Positions 1 through 14,959 of a DNA stretch of 64,000 nt are shown here, one piece after another (positions within the stretch are counted from its first letter, which is position 1; each line of letters opens with the position of its first letter). A model generated the notes under the pieces. That model did no database searches. It worked only from the letters and a program-made list of their open reading frames with translations, and was not told where the DNA came from. Source of the stretch: Auanema rhodensis (taxonomy: Eukaryota; Animalia; Nematoda); assembly GCA_964057225.1 (NCBI GenBank), contig OZ059900.1, forward strand, positions 7,378,001-7,442,000. Reading direction: 5' to 3'. A program made the position numbers and the translations under genes.

Positions 1-3000
1 GGATTCATAAACTTTGACTATTTTTACATATATATGTTCAATTTTAACCACTTTGGTCAAAAAGGACCGAAAATATCAAGAATTATTGGTTTTTTGGGGT
101 TTGAAGGGCATTTTGGCAAAATCAGTCAAACTTTTGATCTTAAGCATATTTTTTTCTTCTAAAACGACTAAATGTATGAAATACTGTCATAGAATGTTCA
201 TATAGGTGTATTTTGCACGAATATCAAAACTGATTGAAATATGGGCCTTTTTATGCTCAAAACGCCATATATTCAACGATTTTGGGTACAAAACATGTGA
301 AAACGGTATGTTTTGATCAGACCCTTTGAGATATGGATTTGAAATTCAGGATTCATAAACTTTGACTATTTTTACATATATATGTCCAATTTTAACCACT
401 TTGGTCAAAAAGGACCGAAAATATCAAGAATTATTGGTTTTTTGGGGATTGAAGGGCATTTTGGCAAAATCAGTCAAACTTTTGATCTTAAGCATATTTT
501 TTTCTTCTAAAACGACTAAATGTATGAAATACTGTCATAGAATGTTCATATAGGTGTATTTTGCACGAATATCAAAACTGATTGAAATATGGGCCTTTTT
601 ATGCTCAAAACGCCATATATTCAACGATTTTGGGTACAAAACATGTGAAAACTGTATGTTTTGATCAGACCCTTTGAGATATGGATTTGAAATTCAGGAT
701 TCATAAACTTTGACTATTTTTACATATATATGTTCAATTTTAACCACTTTGGTCAAGAAGGACCGAAAATATCAAGAATTATTGGTTTTTTGGGGTTTGA
801 AGGGCATTTTGGCAAAATCAGTCAAACTTTTGATCTTAAGCATATTTTTTTCTTCTAAAACGACTAAATGTATGAAATACTGTCATAGAATGTTTATATA
901 AGTGTATTTTGCACGAATATCAAAACTGATTGAAATATGGGCCTTTTTATGCTCAAAACGCCATATATTCAACGATTTTGGGTACAAAACATGTGAAAAC
1001 TGTATGTTTTGATCAGACCCTTTGAGATATGGATTTGAAATTCAGGATTCATAAACTTTGACTATTTTAACATATATATGTTCAATTTTAACCACTTTGG
1101 TCAAAAAGGACCGAAAATATCAAGAATTATTGGTTTTTTGGGGTTTGAAGGGCATTTTGGCTAAATCAGTCAAACTTTTGATCTTAAGCATATTTTTTTC
1201 TTCTAAAACGACTAAATGTATGAAATACTGTCATAGAATGTTCATATAGGTGTATTTTGCACGAATATCAAAACTGATTGAAATATGGGCCTTTTTATGC
1301 TCAAAACGCCATATATTCAACGATTTTGGGTACAAAACATGTGAAAACGGTATGTTTTGATCAGACCCTTTGAGATATGGATTTGAAATTCAGGATTCAT
1401 AAATTTCGACTATTTGTACATATATATGTCCAATTTTAACCACTTTGGTCAAAAAGGACCGAAAATATCAAGAATTATTGGTTTTTTGGGGATTGAAGGG
1501 CATTTTGGCAAAATCAGTCAAACTTTTGATCTTAAGCATATTTTTTTCTTCTAAAACGACTAAATGTATGAAATACTGTCATAGAATGTTCATATAGGTG
1601 TATTTTGCACGAATATCAAAACTGATCGAAATATGTGCCTTTTTATGCTCAAAACGCCATATATTCAACGATTTTGGGTACAAAACATGTGAAAACTGTA
1701 TGTTTTGATCAGACCCTTTGAGATATGGATTTGAAATTCAGGATTCATAAACTTTGACTATTTTTACATATATATGTTCAATTTTAACCACTTTGGTCAA
1801 GAAGGACCGAAAATATCAAGAATTATTGGTTTTTTGGGGTTTGAAGGGCATTTTGGCAAAATCAGTCAAACTTTTGATCTTAAGCATATTTTTTTCTTCT
1901 AAAACGACTAAATGTATGAAATACTGTCATAGAATGTTAATATAAGTGTATTTTGCACGAATATCAAAACTGATTGAAATATGGGCCTTTTTATGCTCAA
2001 AACGCCATATATTCAACGATTTTGGGTACAAAACATGTGAAAACTGTATGTTTTGATCAGACCCTTTGAGATATGGATTTGAAATTCAGGATTCATAAAC
2101 TTTGACTATTTTTACATATATATGTTCAATTTTAACCACTTTGGTCAAAAAGGACCGAAAATATCAAGAATTATTGGTTTTTTGGGGTTTGAAGGGCATT
2201 TTGGCAAAATCAGTCAAACTTTTGATCTTAAGCATATTTTTTTCTTCTAAAACGACTAAATGTATGAAATACTGTCATAGAATGTTCATATAGGTGTATT
2301 TTGCACGAATATCAAAACTGATTGAAATATGGGCCTTTTTATGCTCAAAACGCCATATATTCAACGATTTTGGGTACAAAACATGTGAAAACGGTATGTT
2401 TTGATCAGACCCTTTGAGATATGGATTTGAAATTCAGGATTCATAAACTTTGACTATTTTTACATATATATGTCCAATTTTAACCACTTTGGTCAAAAAG
2501 GACCGAAAATATCAAGAATTATTGGTTTTTTGGGGATTGAAGGGCATTTTGGCAAAATCAGTCAAACTTTTGATCTTAAGCATATTTTTTTCTTCTAAAA
2601 CGACTAAATGTATGAAATACTGTCATAGAATGTTCATATAGGTGTATTTTGCACGAATATCAAAACTGATTGAAATATGGGCCTTTTTATGCTCAAAACG
2701 CCATATATTCAACGATTTTGGGTACAAAACATGTGAAAACTGTATGTTTTGATCAGACCCTTTGAGATATGGATTTGAAATTCAGGATTCATAAACTTTG
2801 ACTATTTTTACATATATATGTTCAATTTTAACCACTTTGGTCAAGAAGGACCGAAAATATCAAGAATTATTGGTTTTTTGGGGTTTGAAGGGCATTTTGG
2901 CAAAATCAGTCAAACTTTTGATCTTAAGCATATTTTTTTTTCTAAAACGACTAAATGTATGAAATACTGTCAAAGAATGTTCATATAGGTGTATTTTGCA

Positions 3001-5218
3001 CGAATATCAAAACTGATTGAAATATGGGCCTTTTTATGTTCAAAACGCCATATATTCAACGATTTTGGGTACAAAACATGTGAAAACGGTATGTTTTGAT
3101 CAGACCCTTTGAGATATGGATTTAAAATTCAGGATTCATAAAATTCGACTATTTTTACATATATATGTCCAATTTTAACCACTTTGGTCAAAAAGGACCG
3201 AAAATATCAAGAATTATTGGTTTTTTGGGGTTTGAAGGGCATTTTGGCAAAATCAGTCAAACTTTTGATCTTAAGCATATTTTTTTCTTCTAAAACGACT
3301 AAATGTATGAAATACTGTCATAGAATGTTCATATAGGTGTATTTTGCACGAATATCAAAACTGATTGAAATATGGGCCTTTTTATGCTCAAAACGCCATA
3401 TATTCAACGATTTTGGGTACAAAACATGTGAAAACTGTATGTTTTGATCAGACCCTTTGAGATATGGATTTGAAATTCAGGATTCATAAACTTCGACTAT
3501 TTCTACATATATATGTCCAATTTTAATCACTTTGGTCAAAAAGGACCGAAAATATCAAGAATTATTGGTTTTTTGGGGTTTGAAGGGCATTTTGGCAAAA
3601 TCAGTCAAACTTTTGATCTTAGGCATATTTTTTTTTCTAAAACGACTAAATGTATGAAATACTGTCAAAGAATGTTCATATAGGTGTATTTTGCACGAAT
3701 ATCAAAACTGATTGAAATATGGGCCTTTTTATGCTCAAAACGCCATATATTCAACGATTTTGGGTACAAAACATGTGAAAACTGTATGTTTTGATCAGAC
3801 CCTTTGAGATATGGATTTGAAATTCAGGATTCATAAACTTTGACTATTTTTACATATATATGTTCAATTTTAACCACTTTGGTCAAAAAGGACCGAAAAT
3901 ATCAAGAATTATTGGTTTTTTGGGGTTTGAAGGGCATTTTGGCAAAATCAGTCAAACTTTTGATCTTAAGCATATTTTTTTCTTCTAAAACGATTAAATG
4001 TATGAAATACTGTCATAGAATGTTCATATAGGTGTATTTTGCACGAATATCAAAACTGATTGAAATATGGGCCTTTTTATGTTCAAAACGCCATATATTC
4101 AACGATTTTGGGTACAAAACATGTGAAAACTGTATGTTTTGATCAGACCCTTTGAGATATGGATTTGAAATTCAGGATTCATAAACTTTGACTATTTTTA
4201 CATATATATGTCCAATTTTAACCACTTTGGTCAAAAAGGACCGAAAATATCAAGAATTATTGGTTTTTTGGGGATTGAAGGGCATTTTGGCAAAATCAGT
4301 CAAACTTTTGATCTTAAGCATATTTTTTTCTTCTAAAACGACTAAATGTATGAAATACTGTCATAGAATGTTCATATAGGTGTATTTTGCACGAATATCA
4401 AAACTGATCGAAATATGGGCCTTTTTATGCTCAAAACGCCATATATTCAACGATTTTGGGTACAAAACATGTGAAAACTGTATGTTTTGATCAGACCCTT
4501 TGAGATATGGATTTGAAATTCAGGATTCATAAACTTTGACTATTTTTACATATATATGTTCAATTTTAACCACTTTGGTCAAGAAGGACCGAAAATATCA
4601 AGAATTATTGGTTTTTTGGGGTTTGAAGGGCATTTTGGCAAAATCAGTCAAACTTTTGATCTTAAGCATATTTTTTTCTTCTAAAACGACTAAATGTATG
4701 AAATACTGTCATAGAATGTTTATATAAGTGTATTTTGCACGAATATCAAAACTGATTGAAATATGGGCCTTTTTATGCTCAAAACGCCATATATTCAACG
4801 ATTTTGGGTACAAAACATGTGAAAACGGTATGTTTTGATCAGACCCTTTGAGATATGGATTTGAAATTCAGGATTCATAAACTTCGACTATTTGTACATA
4901 TATATGTCCAATTTTAACCACTTTGGTCAAAAAGGACCGAAAATATCAAGAATTATTGGTTTTTTGGGGTTTGAAGGGCATTTTGGCAAAATCAGTCAAA
5001 CTTTTGATCTTAAGCATATTTTTTTCTTCTAAAACGACTAAATGTATGAAATACTGTCAAAGAATGTTCATATAGGTGTATTTTGCACGAATATCAAAAC
5101 TGATTGAAATATGGGCCTTTTTATGCTCAAAACGCCATATATTCAACGATTTTGGGTACAAAACATGTGAAAACTGTATGTTTTGATCAGACCCTTTGAG
5201 ATATGGATTTGAAATTCA

Positions 5219-8200
5219 GGATTCATAAACTTTGACTATTTTTACATATATATGTTCAATTTTAACCACTTTGGTCAAAAAGGACCGAAAATATCAAGAA
5301 TTATTGGTTTTTTGGGGTTTGAAGGGCATTTTGGCAAAATCAGTCAAACTTTTGATCTTAAGCATATTTTTTTCTTCTAAAACGACTAAATGTATGAAAT
5401 ACTGTCATAGAATGTTCATATAGGTGTATTTTGCACGAATATCAAAACTGATTGAAATATGGGCCTTTTTATGTTCAAAACGCCATATATTCAACGATTT
5501 TGGGTACAAAACATGTGAAAACTGTATGTTTTGATCAGACCCTTTGAGATATGGATTTGAAATTCAGGATTCATAAACTTTGACTATTTTTACATATATA
5601 TGTCCAATTTTAACCACTTTGGTCAAAAAGGACCGAAAATATCAAGAATTATTGGTTTTTTGGGGATTGAAGGGCATTTTGGCAAAATCAGTCAAACTTT
5701 TGATCTTAAGCATATTTTTTTCTTCTAAAACGACTAAATGTATGAAATACTGTCATAGAATGTTCATATAGGTGTATTTTGCACGAATATCAAAACTGAT
5801 CGAAATATGGGCCTTTTTATGCTCAAAACGCCATATATTCAACGATTTTGGGTACAAAACATGTGAAAACTGTATGTTTTGATCAGACCCTTTGAGATAT
5901 GGATTTGAAATTCAGGATTCATAAACTTTGACTATTTTTACATATATATGTTCAATTTTAACCACTTTGGTCAAGAAGGACCGAAAATATCAAGAATTAT
6001 TGGTTTTTTGGGGTTTGAAGGGCATTTTGGCAAAATCAGTCAAACTTTTGATCTTAAGCATATTTTTTTCTTCTAAAACGACTAAATGTATGAAATACTG
6101 TCATAGAATGTTTATATAAGTGTATTTTGCACGAATATCAAAACTGATTGAAATATGGGCCTTTTTATGCTCAAAACGCCATATATTCAACGATTTTGGG
6201 TACAAAACATGTGAAAACTGTATGTTTTGATCAGACCCTTTGAGATATGGATTTGAAATTCAGGATTCATAAACTTTGACTATTTTAACATATATATGTT
6301 CAATTTTAACCACTTTGGTCAAAAAGGACCGAAAATATCAAGAATTATTGGTTTTTTGGGGTTTGAAGGGCATTTTGGCTAAATCAGTCAAACTTTTGAT
6401 CTTAAGCATATTTTTTTCTTCTAAAACGACTAAATGTATGAAATACTGTCATAGAATGTTCATATAGGTGTATTTTGCACGAATATCAAAACTGATTGAA
6501 ATATGGGCCTTTTTATGCTCAAAACGCCATATATTCAACGATTTTGGGTACAAAACATGTGAAAACGGTATGTTTTGATCAGACCCTTTGAGATATGGAT
6601 TTGAAATTCAGGATTCATAAATTTCGACTATTTGTACATATATATGTCCAATTTTAACCACTTTGGTCAAAAAGGACCGAAAATATCAAGAATTATTGGT
6701 TTTTTGGGGTTTGAAGGGCATTTTGGCAAAATCAGTCAAACTTTTGATCTTAAGCATATTTTTTTCTTCTAAAACGACTAAATGTATGAAATACTGTCAA
6801 AGAATGTTCATATAGGTGTATTTTGCACGAATATCAAAACTGATTGAAATATGGGCCTTTTTATGCTCAAAACGCCATATATTCAACGATTTTGGGTACA
6901 AAACATGTGAAAACTGTATGTTTTGATCAGACCCTTTGAGATATGGATTTAAAATTCAGGATTCATAAAATTCGACTATTTTTACATATATATGTCCAAT
7001 TTTAACCACTTTGGTCAAAAAGGACCGAAAATATCAAGAATTATTGGTTTTTTGGGGTTTGAAGGGCATTTTGGCAAAATCAGTCAAACTTTTGATCTTA
7101 AGCATATTTTTTTCTTCTAAAACGACTAAATGTATGAAATACTGTCATAGAATGTTCATATAGGTGTATTTTGCACGAATATCAAAACTGATTGAAATAT
7201 GGGCCTTTTTATGCTCAAAACGCCATATATTCAACGATTTTGGGTACAAAACATGTGAAAACTGTATGTTTTGATCAGACCCTTTGAGATATGGATTTGA
7301 AATTCAGGATTCATAAACTTCGACTATTTCTACATATATATGTCCAATTTTAACCACTTTGGTCAAAAAGGACCGAAAATATCAAGAATTATTGGTTTTT
7401 TGGGGTTTGAAGGGCATTTTGGCTAAATCAGTCAAACTTTTGATCTTAAGCATATTTTTTTCTTCTAAAACGACTAAATGTATGAAATACTGTCATAGAA
7501 TGTTCATATAGGTGTATTTTGCACGAATATCAAAACTGATTGAAATATGGGCCTTTTTATGCTCAAAACGCCATATATTCAACGATTTTGGGTACAAAAC
7601 ATGTGAAAACGGTATGTTTTGATCAGACCCTTTGAGATATGGATTTGAAATTCAGGATTCATAAATTTCGACTATTTGTACATATATATGTCCAATTTTA
7701 ACCACTTTGGTCAAAAAGGACCGAAAATATCAAGAATTATTGGTTTTTTGGGGTTTGAAGGGCATTTTGGCAAAATCAGTCAAACTTTTGATCTTAAGCA
7801 TATTTTTTTCTTCTAAAACGACTAAATGTATGAAATACTGTCAAAGAATGTTCATATAGGTGTATTTTGCACGAATATCAAAACTGATTGAAATATGGGC
7901 CTTTTTATGCTCAAAACGCCATATATTCAACGATTTTGGGTACAAAACATGTGAAAACTGTATGTTTTGATCAGACCCTTTGAGATATGGATTTAAAATT
8001 CAGGATTCATAAAATTCGACTATTTTTACATATATATGTCCAATTTTAACCACTTTGGTCAAAAAGGACCGAAAATATCAAGAATTATTGGTTTTTTGGG
8101 GTTTGAAGGGCATTTTGGCAAAATCAGTCAAACTTTTGATCTTAAGCATATTTTTTTCTTCTAAAACGACTAAATGTATGAAATACTGTCATAGAATGTT

Positions 8201-11200
8201 CATATAGGTGTATTTTGCACGAATATCAAAACTGATTGAAATATGGGCCTTTTTATGCTCAAAACGCCATATATTCAACGATTTTGGGTACAAAACATGT
8301 GAAAACTGTATGTTTTGATCAGACCCTTTGAGATATGGATTTGAAATTCAGGATTCATAAACTTCGACTATTTCTACATATATATGTCCAATTTTAACCA
8401 CTTTGGTCAAAAAGGACCGAAAATATCAAGAATTATTGGTTTTTTGGGGTTTGAAGGGCATTTTGGCAATATCAGTCAAACTTTTGATCTTAAGCATATT
8501 TTTTTTTCTAAAACGACTAAATGTATGAAATACTGTCAAAGAATGTTCATATAGGTGTATTTTGCACGAATATCAAAACTGATTGAAATATGGGCCTTTT
8601 TATGCTCAAAACGCCATATATTCAACGATTTTGGGTACAAAACATGTGAAAACTGTATGTTTTGATCAGACCCTTTGAGATATGGATTTGAAATTCAGGA
8701 TTCATAAACTTTGACTATTTTTACATATATATGTTCAATTTTAACCACTTTGGTCAAAAAGGACCGAAAATATCAAGAATTATTGGTTTTTTGGGGTTTG
8801 AAGGGCATTTTGGCAAAATCAGTCAAACTTTTGATCTTAAGCATATTTTTTTCTTCTAAAACGACTAAATGTATGAAATACTGTCATAGAATGTTCATAT
8901 AGGTGTATTTTGCACGAATATCAAAACTGATTGAAATATGGGCCTTTTTATGTTCAAAACGCCATATATTCAACGATTTTGGGTACAAAACATGTGAAAA
9001 CTGTATGTTTTGATCAGACCCTTTGAGATATGGATTTGAAATTCAGGATTCATAAACTTTGACTATTTTCACATATATATGTCCAATTTTAACCACTTTG
9101 GTCAAAAAGGACCGAAAATATCAAGAATTATTGGTTTTTTGGGGATTGAAGGGCATTTTGGCAAAATCAGTCAAACTTTTGATCTTAAGCATATTTTTTT
9201 CTTCTAAAACGACTAAATGTATGAAATACTGTCATAGAATGTTCATATAGGTGTATTTTGCACGAATATCAAAACTGATTGAAATATGGGCCTTTTTATG
9301 CTCAAAACGCCATATATTCAACGATTTTGGGTACAAAACATGTGAAAACTGTATGTTTTGATCAGACCCTTTGAGATATGGATTTGAAATTCAGGATTCA
9401 TAAACTTTGACTATTTTTACATATATATGTTCAATTTTAACCACTTTGGTCAAGAAGGACCGAAAATATCAAGAATTATTGGTTTTTTGGGGTTTGAAGG
9501 GCATTTTGGCAAAATCAGTCAAACTTTTGATCTTAAGCATATTTTTTTCTTCTAAAACGACTAAATGTATGAAATACTGTCATAGAATGTTTATATAAGT
9601 GTATTTTGCACGAATATCAAAACTGATTGAAATATGGGCCTTTTTATGCTCAAAACGCCATATATTCAACGATTTTGGGTACAAAACATGTGAAAACTGT
9701 ATGTTTTGATCAGACCCTTTGAGATATGGATTTGAAATTCAGGATTCATAAACTTTGACTATTTTAACATATATATGTTCAATTTTAACCACTTTGGTCA
9801 AAAAGGACCGAAAATATCAAGAATTATTGGTTTTTTGGGGTTTGAAGGGCATTTTGGCTAAATCAGTCAAACTTTTGATCTTAAGCATATTTTTTTCTTC
9901 TAAAACGACTAAATGTATGAAATACTGTCATAGAATGTTCATATAGGTGTATTTTGCACGAATATCAAAACTGATTGAAATATGGGCCTTTTTATGCTCA
10001 AAACGCCATATATTCAACGATTTTGGGTACAAAACATGTGAAAACGGTATGTTTTGATCAGACCCTTTGAGATATGGATTTGAAATTCAGGATTCATAAA
10101 TTTCGACTATTTGTACATATATATGTCCAATTTTAACCACTTTGGTCAAAAAGGACCGAAAATATCAAGAATTATTGGTTTTTTGGGGTTTGAAGGGCAT
10201 TTTGGCAAAATCAGTCAAACTTTTGATCTTAAGCATATTTTTTTCTTCTAAAACGACTAAATGTATGAAATACTGTCAAAGAATGTTCATATAGGTGTAT
10301 TTTGCACGAATATCAAAACTGATTGAAATATGGGCCTTTTTATGCTCAAAACGCCATATATTCAACGATTTTGGGTACAAAACATGTGAAAACTGTATGT
10401 TTTGATCAGACCCTTTGAGATATGGATTTAAAATTCAGGATTCATAAAATTCGACTATTTTTACATATATATGTCCAATTTTAACCACTTTGGTCAAAAA
10501 GGACCGAAAATATCAAGAATTATTGGTTTTTTGGGGTTTGAAGGGCATTTTGGCAAAATCAGTCAAACTTTTGATCTTAAGCATATTTTTTTCTTCTAAA
10601 ACGACTAAATGTATGAAATACTGTCATAGAATGTTCATATAGGTGTATTTTGCACGAATATCAAAACTGATTGAAATATGGGCCTTTTTATGCTCAAAAC
10701 GCCATATATTCAACGATTTTGGGTACAAAACATGTGAAAACTGTATGTTTTGATCAGACCCTTTGAGATATGGATTTGAAATTCAGGATTCATAAACTTC
10801 GACTATTTCTACATATATATGTCCAATTTTAACCACTTTGGTCAAAAAGGACCGAAAATATCAAGAATTATTGGTTTTTTGGGGTTTGAAGGGCATTTTG
10901 GCTAAATCAGTCAAACTTTTGATCTTAAGCATATTTTTTTCTTCTAAAACGACTAAATGTATGAAATACTGTCATAGAATGTTCATATAGGTGTATTTTG
11001 CACGAATATCAAAACTGATTGAAATATGGGCCTTTTTATGCTCAAAACGCCATATATTCAACGATTTTGGGTACAAAACATGTGAAAACGGTATGTTTTG
11101 ATCAGACCCTTTGAGATATGGATTTGAAATTCAGGATTCATAAATTTCGACTATTTGTACATATATATGTCCAATTTTAACCACTTTGGTCAAAAAGGAC

Positions 11201-14200
11201 CGAAAATATCAAGAATTATTGGTTTTTTGGGGTTTGAAGGGCATTTTGGCAAAATCAGTCAAACTTTTGATCTTAAGCATATTTTTTTCTTCTAAAACGA
11301 CTAAATGTATGAAATACTGTCAAAGAATGTTCATATAGGTGTATTTTGCACGAATATCAAAACTGATTGAAATATGGGCCTTTTTATGCTCAAAACGCCA
11401 TATATTCAACGATTTTGGGTACAAAACATGTGAAAACTGTATGTTTTGATCAGACCCTTTGAGATATGGATTTAAAATTCAGGATTCATAAAATTCGACT
11501 ATTTTTACATATATATGTCCAATTTTAACCACTTTGGTCAAAAAGGACCGAAAATATCAAGAATTATTGGTTTTTTGGGGTTTGAAGGGCATTTTGGCAA
11601 AATCAGTCAAACTTTTGATCTTAAGCATATTTTTTTCTTCTAAAACGACTAAATGTATGAAATACTGTCATAGAATGTTCATATAGGTGTATTTTGCACG
11701 AATATCAAAACTGATTGAAATATGGGCCTTTTTATGCTCAAAACGCCATATATTCAACGATTTTGGGTACAAAACATGTGAAAACTGTATGTTTTGATCA
11801 GACCCTTTGAGATATGGATTTGAAATTCAGGATTCATAAACTTCGACTATTTCTACATATATATGTCCAATTTTAACCACTTTGGTCAAAAAGGACCGAA
11901 AATATCAAGAATTATTGGTTTTTTGGGGTTTGAAGGGCATTTTGGCAATATCAGTCAAACTTTTGATCTTAAGCATATTTTTTTTTCTAAAACGACTAAA
12001 TGTATGAAATACTGTCAAAGAATGTTCATATAGGTGTATTTTGCACGAATATCAAAACTGATTGAAATATGGGCCTTTTTATGCTCAAAACGCCATATAT
12101 TCAACGATTTTGGGTACAAAACATGTGAAAACTGTATGTTTTGATCAGACCCTTTGAGATATGGATTTGAAATTCAGGATTCATAAACTTTGACTATTTT
12201 TACATATATATGTTCAATTTTAACCACTTTGGTCAAAAAGGACCGAAAATATCAAGAATTATTGGTTTTTTGGGGTTTGAAGGGCATTTTGGCAAAATCA
12301 GTCAAACTTTTGATCTTAAGCATATTTTTTTCTTCTAAAACGACTAAATGTATGAAATACTGTCATAGAATGTTCATATAGGTGTATTTTGCACGAATAT
12401 CAAAACTGATTGAAATATGGGCCTTTTTATGTTCAAAACGCCATATATTCAACGATTTTGGGTACAAAACATGTGAAAACTGTATGTTTTGATCAGACCC
12501 TTTGAGATATGGATTTGAAATTCAGGATTCATAAACTTTGACTATTTTCACATATATATGTCCAATTTTAACCACTTTGGTCAAAAAGGACCGAAAATAT
12601 CAAGAATTATTGGTTTTTTGGGGATTGAAGGGCATTTTGGCAAAATCAGTCAAACTTTTGATCTTAAGCATATTTTTTTCTTCTAAAACGACTAAATGTA
12701 TGAAATACTGTCATAGAATGTTCATATAGGTGTATTTTGCACGAATATCAAAACTGATTGAAATATGGGCCTTTTTATGCTCAAAACGCCATATATTCAA
12801 CGATTTTGGGTACAAAACATGTGAAAACGGTATGTTTTGATCAGACCCTTTGAGATATGGATTTGAAATTCAGGATTCATAAATTTCGACTATTTGTACA
12901 TATATATGTCCAATTTTAACCACTTTGGTCAAAAAGGACCGAAAATATCAAGAATTATTGGTTTTTTGGGGTTTGAAGGGCATTTTGGCAAAATCAGTCA
13001 AACTTTTGATCTTAAGCATATTTTTTTCTTCTAAAACGACTAAATGTATGAAATACTGTCAAAGAATGTTCATATAGGTGTATTTTGCACGAATATCAAA
13101 ACTGATTGAAATATGGGCCTTTTTATGCTCAAAACGCCATATATTCAACGATTTTGGGTACAAAACATGTGAAAACTGTATGTTTTGATCAGACCCTTTG
13201 AGATATGGATTTAAAATTCAGGATTCATAAAATTCGACTATTTTTACATATATATGTCCAATTTTAACCACTTTGGTCAAAAAGGACCGAAAATATCAAG
13301 AATTATTGGTTTTTTGGGGTTTGAAGGGCATTTTGGCAAAATCAGTCAAACTTTTGATCTTAAGCATATTTTTTTCTTCTAAAACGACTAAATGTATGAA
13401 ATACTGTCATAGAATGTTCATATAGGTGTATTTTGCACGAATATCAAAACTGATTGAAATATGGGCCTTTTTATGCTCAAAACGCCATATATTCAACGAT
13501 TTTGGGTACAAAACATGTGAAAACTGTATGTTTTGATCAGACCCTTTGAGATATGGATTTGAAATTCAGGATTCATAAACTTCGACTATTTCTACATATA
13601 TATGTCCAATTTTAACCACTTTGGTCAAAAAGGACCGAAAATATCAAGAATTATTGGTTTTTTGGGGTTTGAAGGGCATTTTGGCTAAATCAGTCAAACT
13701 TTTGATCTTAAGCATATTTTTTTCTTCTAAAACGACTAAATGTATGAAATACTGTCATAGAATGTTCATATAGGTGTATTTTGCACGAATATCAAAACTG
13801 ATTGAAATATGGGCCTTTTTATGCTCAAAACGCCATATATTCAACGATTTTGGGTACAAAACATGTGAAAACGGTATGTTTTGATCAGACCCTTTGAGAT
13901 ATGGATTTGAAATTCAGGATTCATAAATTTCGACTATTTGTACATATATATGTCCAATTTTAACCACTTTGGTCAAAAAGGACCGAAAATATCAAGAATT
14001 ATTGGTTTTTTGGGGTTTGAAGGGCATTTTGGCAAAATCAGTCAAACTTTTGATCTTAAGCATATTTTTTTCTTCTAAAACGACTAAATGTATGAAATAC
14101 TGTCAAAGAATGTTCATATAGGTGTATTTTGCACGAATATCAAAACTGATTGAAATATGGGCCTTTTTATGCTCAAAACGCCATATATTCAACGATTTTG

Positions 14201-14959
14201 GGTACAAAACATGTGAAAACTGTATGTTTTGATCAGACCCTTTGAGATATGGATTTAAAATTCAGGATTCATAAAATTCGACTATTTTTACATATATATG
14301 TCCAATTTTAACCACTTTGGTCAAAAAGGACCGAAAATATCAAGAATTATTGGTTTTTTGGGGTTTGAAGGGCATTTTGGCAAAATCAGTCAAACTTTTG
14401 ATCTTAAGCATATTTTTTTCTTCTAAAACGACTAAATGTATGAAATACTGTCATAGAATGTTCATATAGGTGTATTTTGCACGAATATCAAAACTGATTG
14501 AAATATGGGCCTTTTTATGCTCAAAACGCCATATATTCAACGATTTTGGGTACAAAACATGTGAAAACTGTATGTTTTGATCAGACCCTTTGAGATATGG
14601 ATTTGAAATTCAGGATTCATAAACTTCGACTATTTCTACATATATATGTCCAATTTTAACCACTTTGGTCAAAAAGGACCGAAAATATCAAGAATTATTG
14701 GTTTTTTGGGGTTTGAAGGGCATTTTGGCAATATCAGTCAAACTTTTGATCTTAAGCATATTTTTTTTTCTAAAACGACTAAATGTATGAAATACTGTCA
14801 AAGAATGTTCATATAGGTGTATTTTGCACGAATATCAAAACTGATTGAAATATGGGCCTTTTTATGCTCAAAACGCCATATATTCAACGATTTTGGGTAC
14901 AAAACATGTGAAAACTGTATGTTTTGATCAGACCCTTTGAGATATGGATTTGAAATTCA
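5219..14959. repeat. Higher-order repeat: two 10-monomer units (3479 bp) followed by an 8-monomer derivative (2783 bp)
   Basis: The same order of diagnostic variants recurs. ORF starts 5232, 8711 and 12190 step by 3479 = 10x348-1, and 12190 to 14973 is 2783 = 8x348-1. Confidence 0.88.

Noticed and set aside
1-348. Monomer as a diverged 2 x 174-bp dimer
   Set aside because: Short shared words (atgttca, aatatcaa, ttttgatc, ttttggg) occur at inconsistent offsets of about 150-190, and the halves do not align by eye.
3619-3624. TTAGGC (nematode telomere hexamer) in one monomer
   Set aside because: It is a single point variant of the consensus TTAAGC, with no tandem telomeric repeats.
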